From Candidatus Heimdallarchaeota archaeon (GTDB taxonomy: Archaea; Asgardarchaeota; Heimdallarchaeia; Heimdallarchaeales; Heimdallarchaeaceae): a DNA stretch of 27,968 nucleotides. Both the position numbers and the translations under genes were made by a program. This document shows, one piece after another, positions 27,690-27,968 of this stretch. The stretch's first letter is position 1; each line of letters begins with the position of its first letter. The stretch is from assembly GCA_018238545.1 (NCBI GenBank), contig JABCTC010000042.1, forward strand, positions 1 to 27,968, given 5' to 3'. Under the pieces are notes generated by a model, which saw only the letters and a program-made list of their open reading frames with translations, made no database searches and was not told where the DNA came from.

Positions 27690-27968
27690 TATTTTCCACA
27701 CTTTTGGATACTTGAAAATGGTGAGTATTTTTACCGTACACTTAGTTCAAAAATAAAGATGCCACAAAACTTTCCTGTAGATGTAAATGCACTAGAACCT
27801 GAAGCTTTTTGTAACAACATAAGTAAGCGAGACTCAGTTAAGTATACACTTCCGAGTGAAGATGAATATGAAGCTATATGTAAAATGGCTGGGATTGATG
27901 AGATGCAAAGTGATAAAAAGGCAAACATAAACCTAGAGATAGCGAGTTCGTGTCCAGTAGATAAGTAT
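27609..27968 (+). CDS. Open reading frame running off the window (fcl fragment fused in frame to unknown sequence)
   Basis: No stop from ATG 27609 to the window end. Confidence 0.4.
   Translation, partial: MNYNGKIIWDKSKPNGQPRRCLDTTKAYFPHFWILENGEYFYRTLSSKIKMPQNFPVDVNALEPEAFCNNISKRDSVKYTLPSEDEYEAICKMAGIDEMQSDKKANINLEIASSCPVDKY

Overview
AT-rich archaeal chromosomal window. An Asgard/Heimdallarchaeia-like source is plausible but is only an inference from protein sequence style. The core is the archaeal spc-type ribosomal cluster on the minus strand (uS17-uL14-uL24-eS4-uL5-uS14-uS8-uL6 | eL32-eL19-uL18-uS5-uL30-uL15), followed by EMC3/DUF106-eL34-cmk-eL14-cbf5. The cluster is rearranged: secY is inverted, adk and rpp29 are absent, and the two r-protein transcription units share a 24/25-bp promoter sequence. 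The window opens with the 3' end of rps11, followed by an accessory block. Its first gene encodes eight tandem eukaryote-style C2H2 zinc fingers fused to a PD-(D/E)xK-like domain, i.e. a candidate natural zinc-finger nuclease and the standout feature here. Also present: a uL24 with an acidic linker and HhH domain, an intron-containing tRNA-Ile(GAU) with a degenerate BHB motif, a HEPN gene split by one in-frame stop, DHFR-like and fcl-like gene remnants, and a candidate structured ncRNA.
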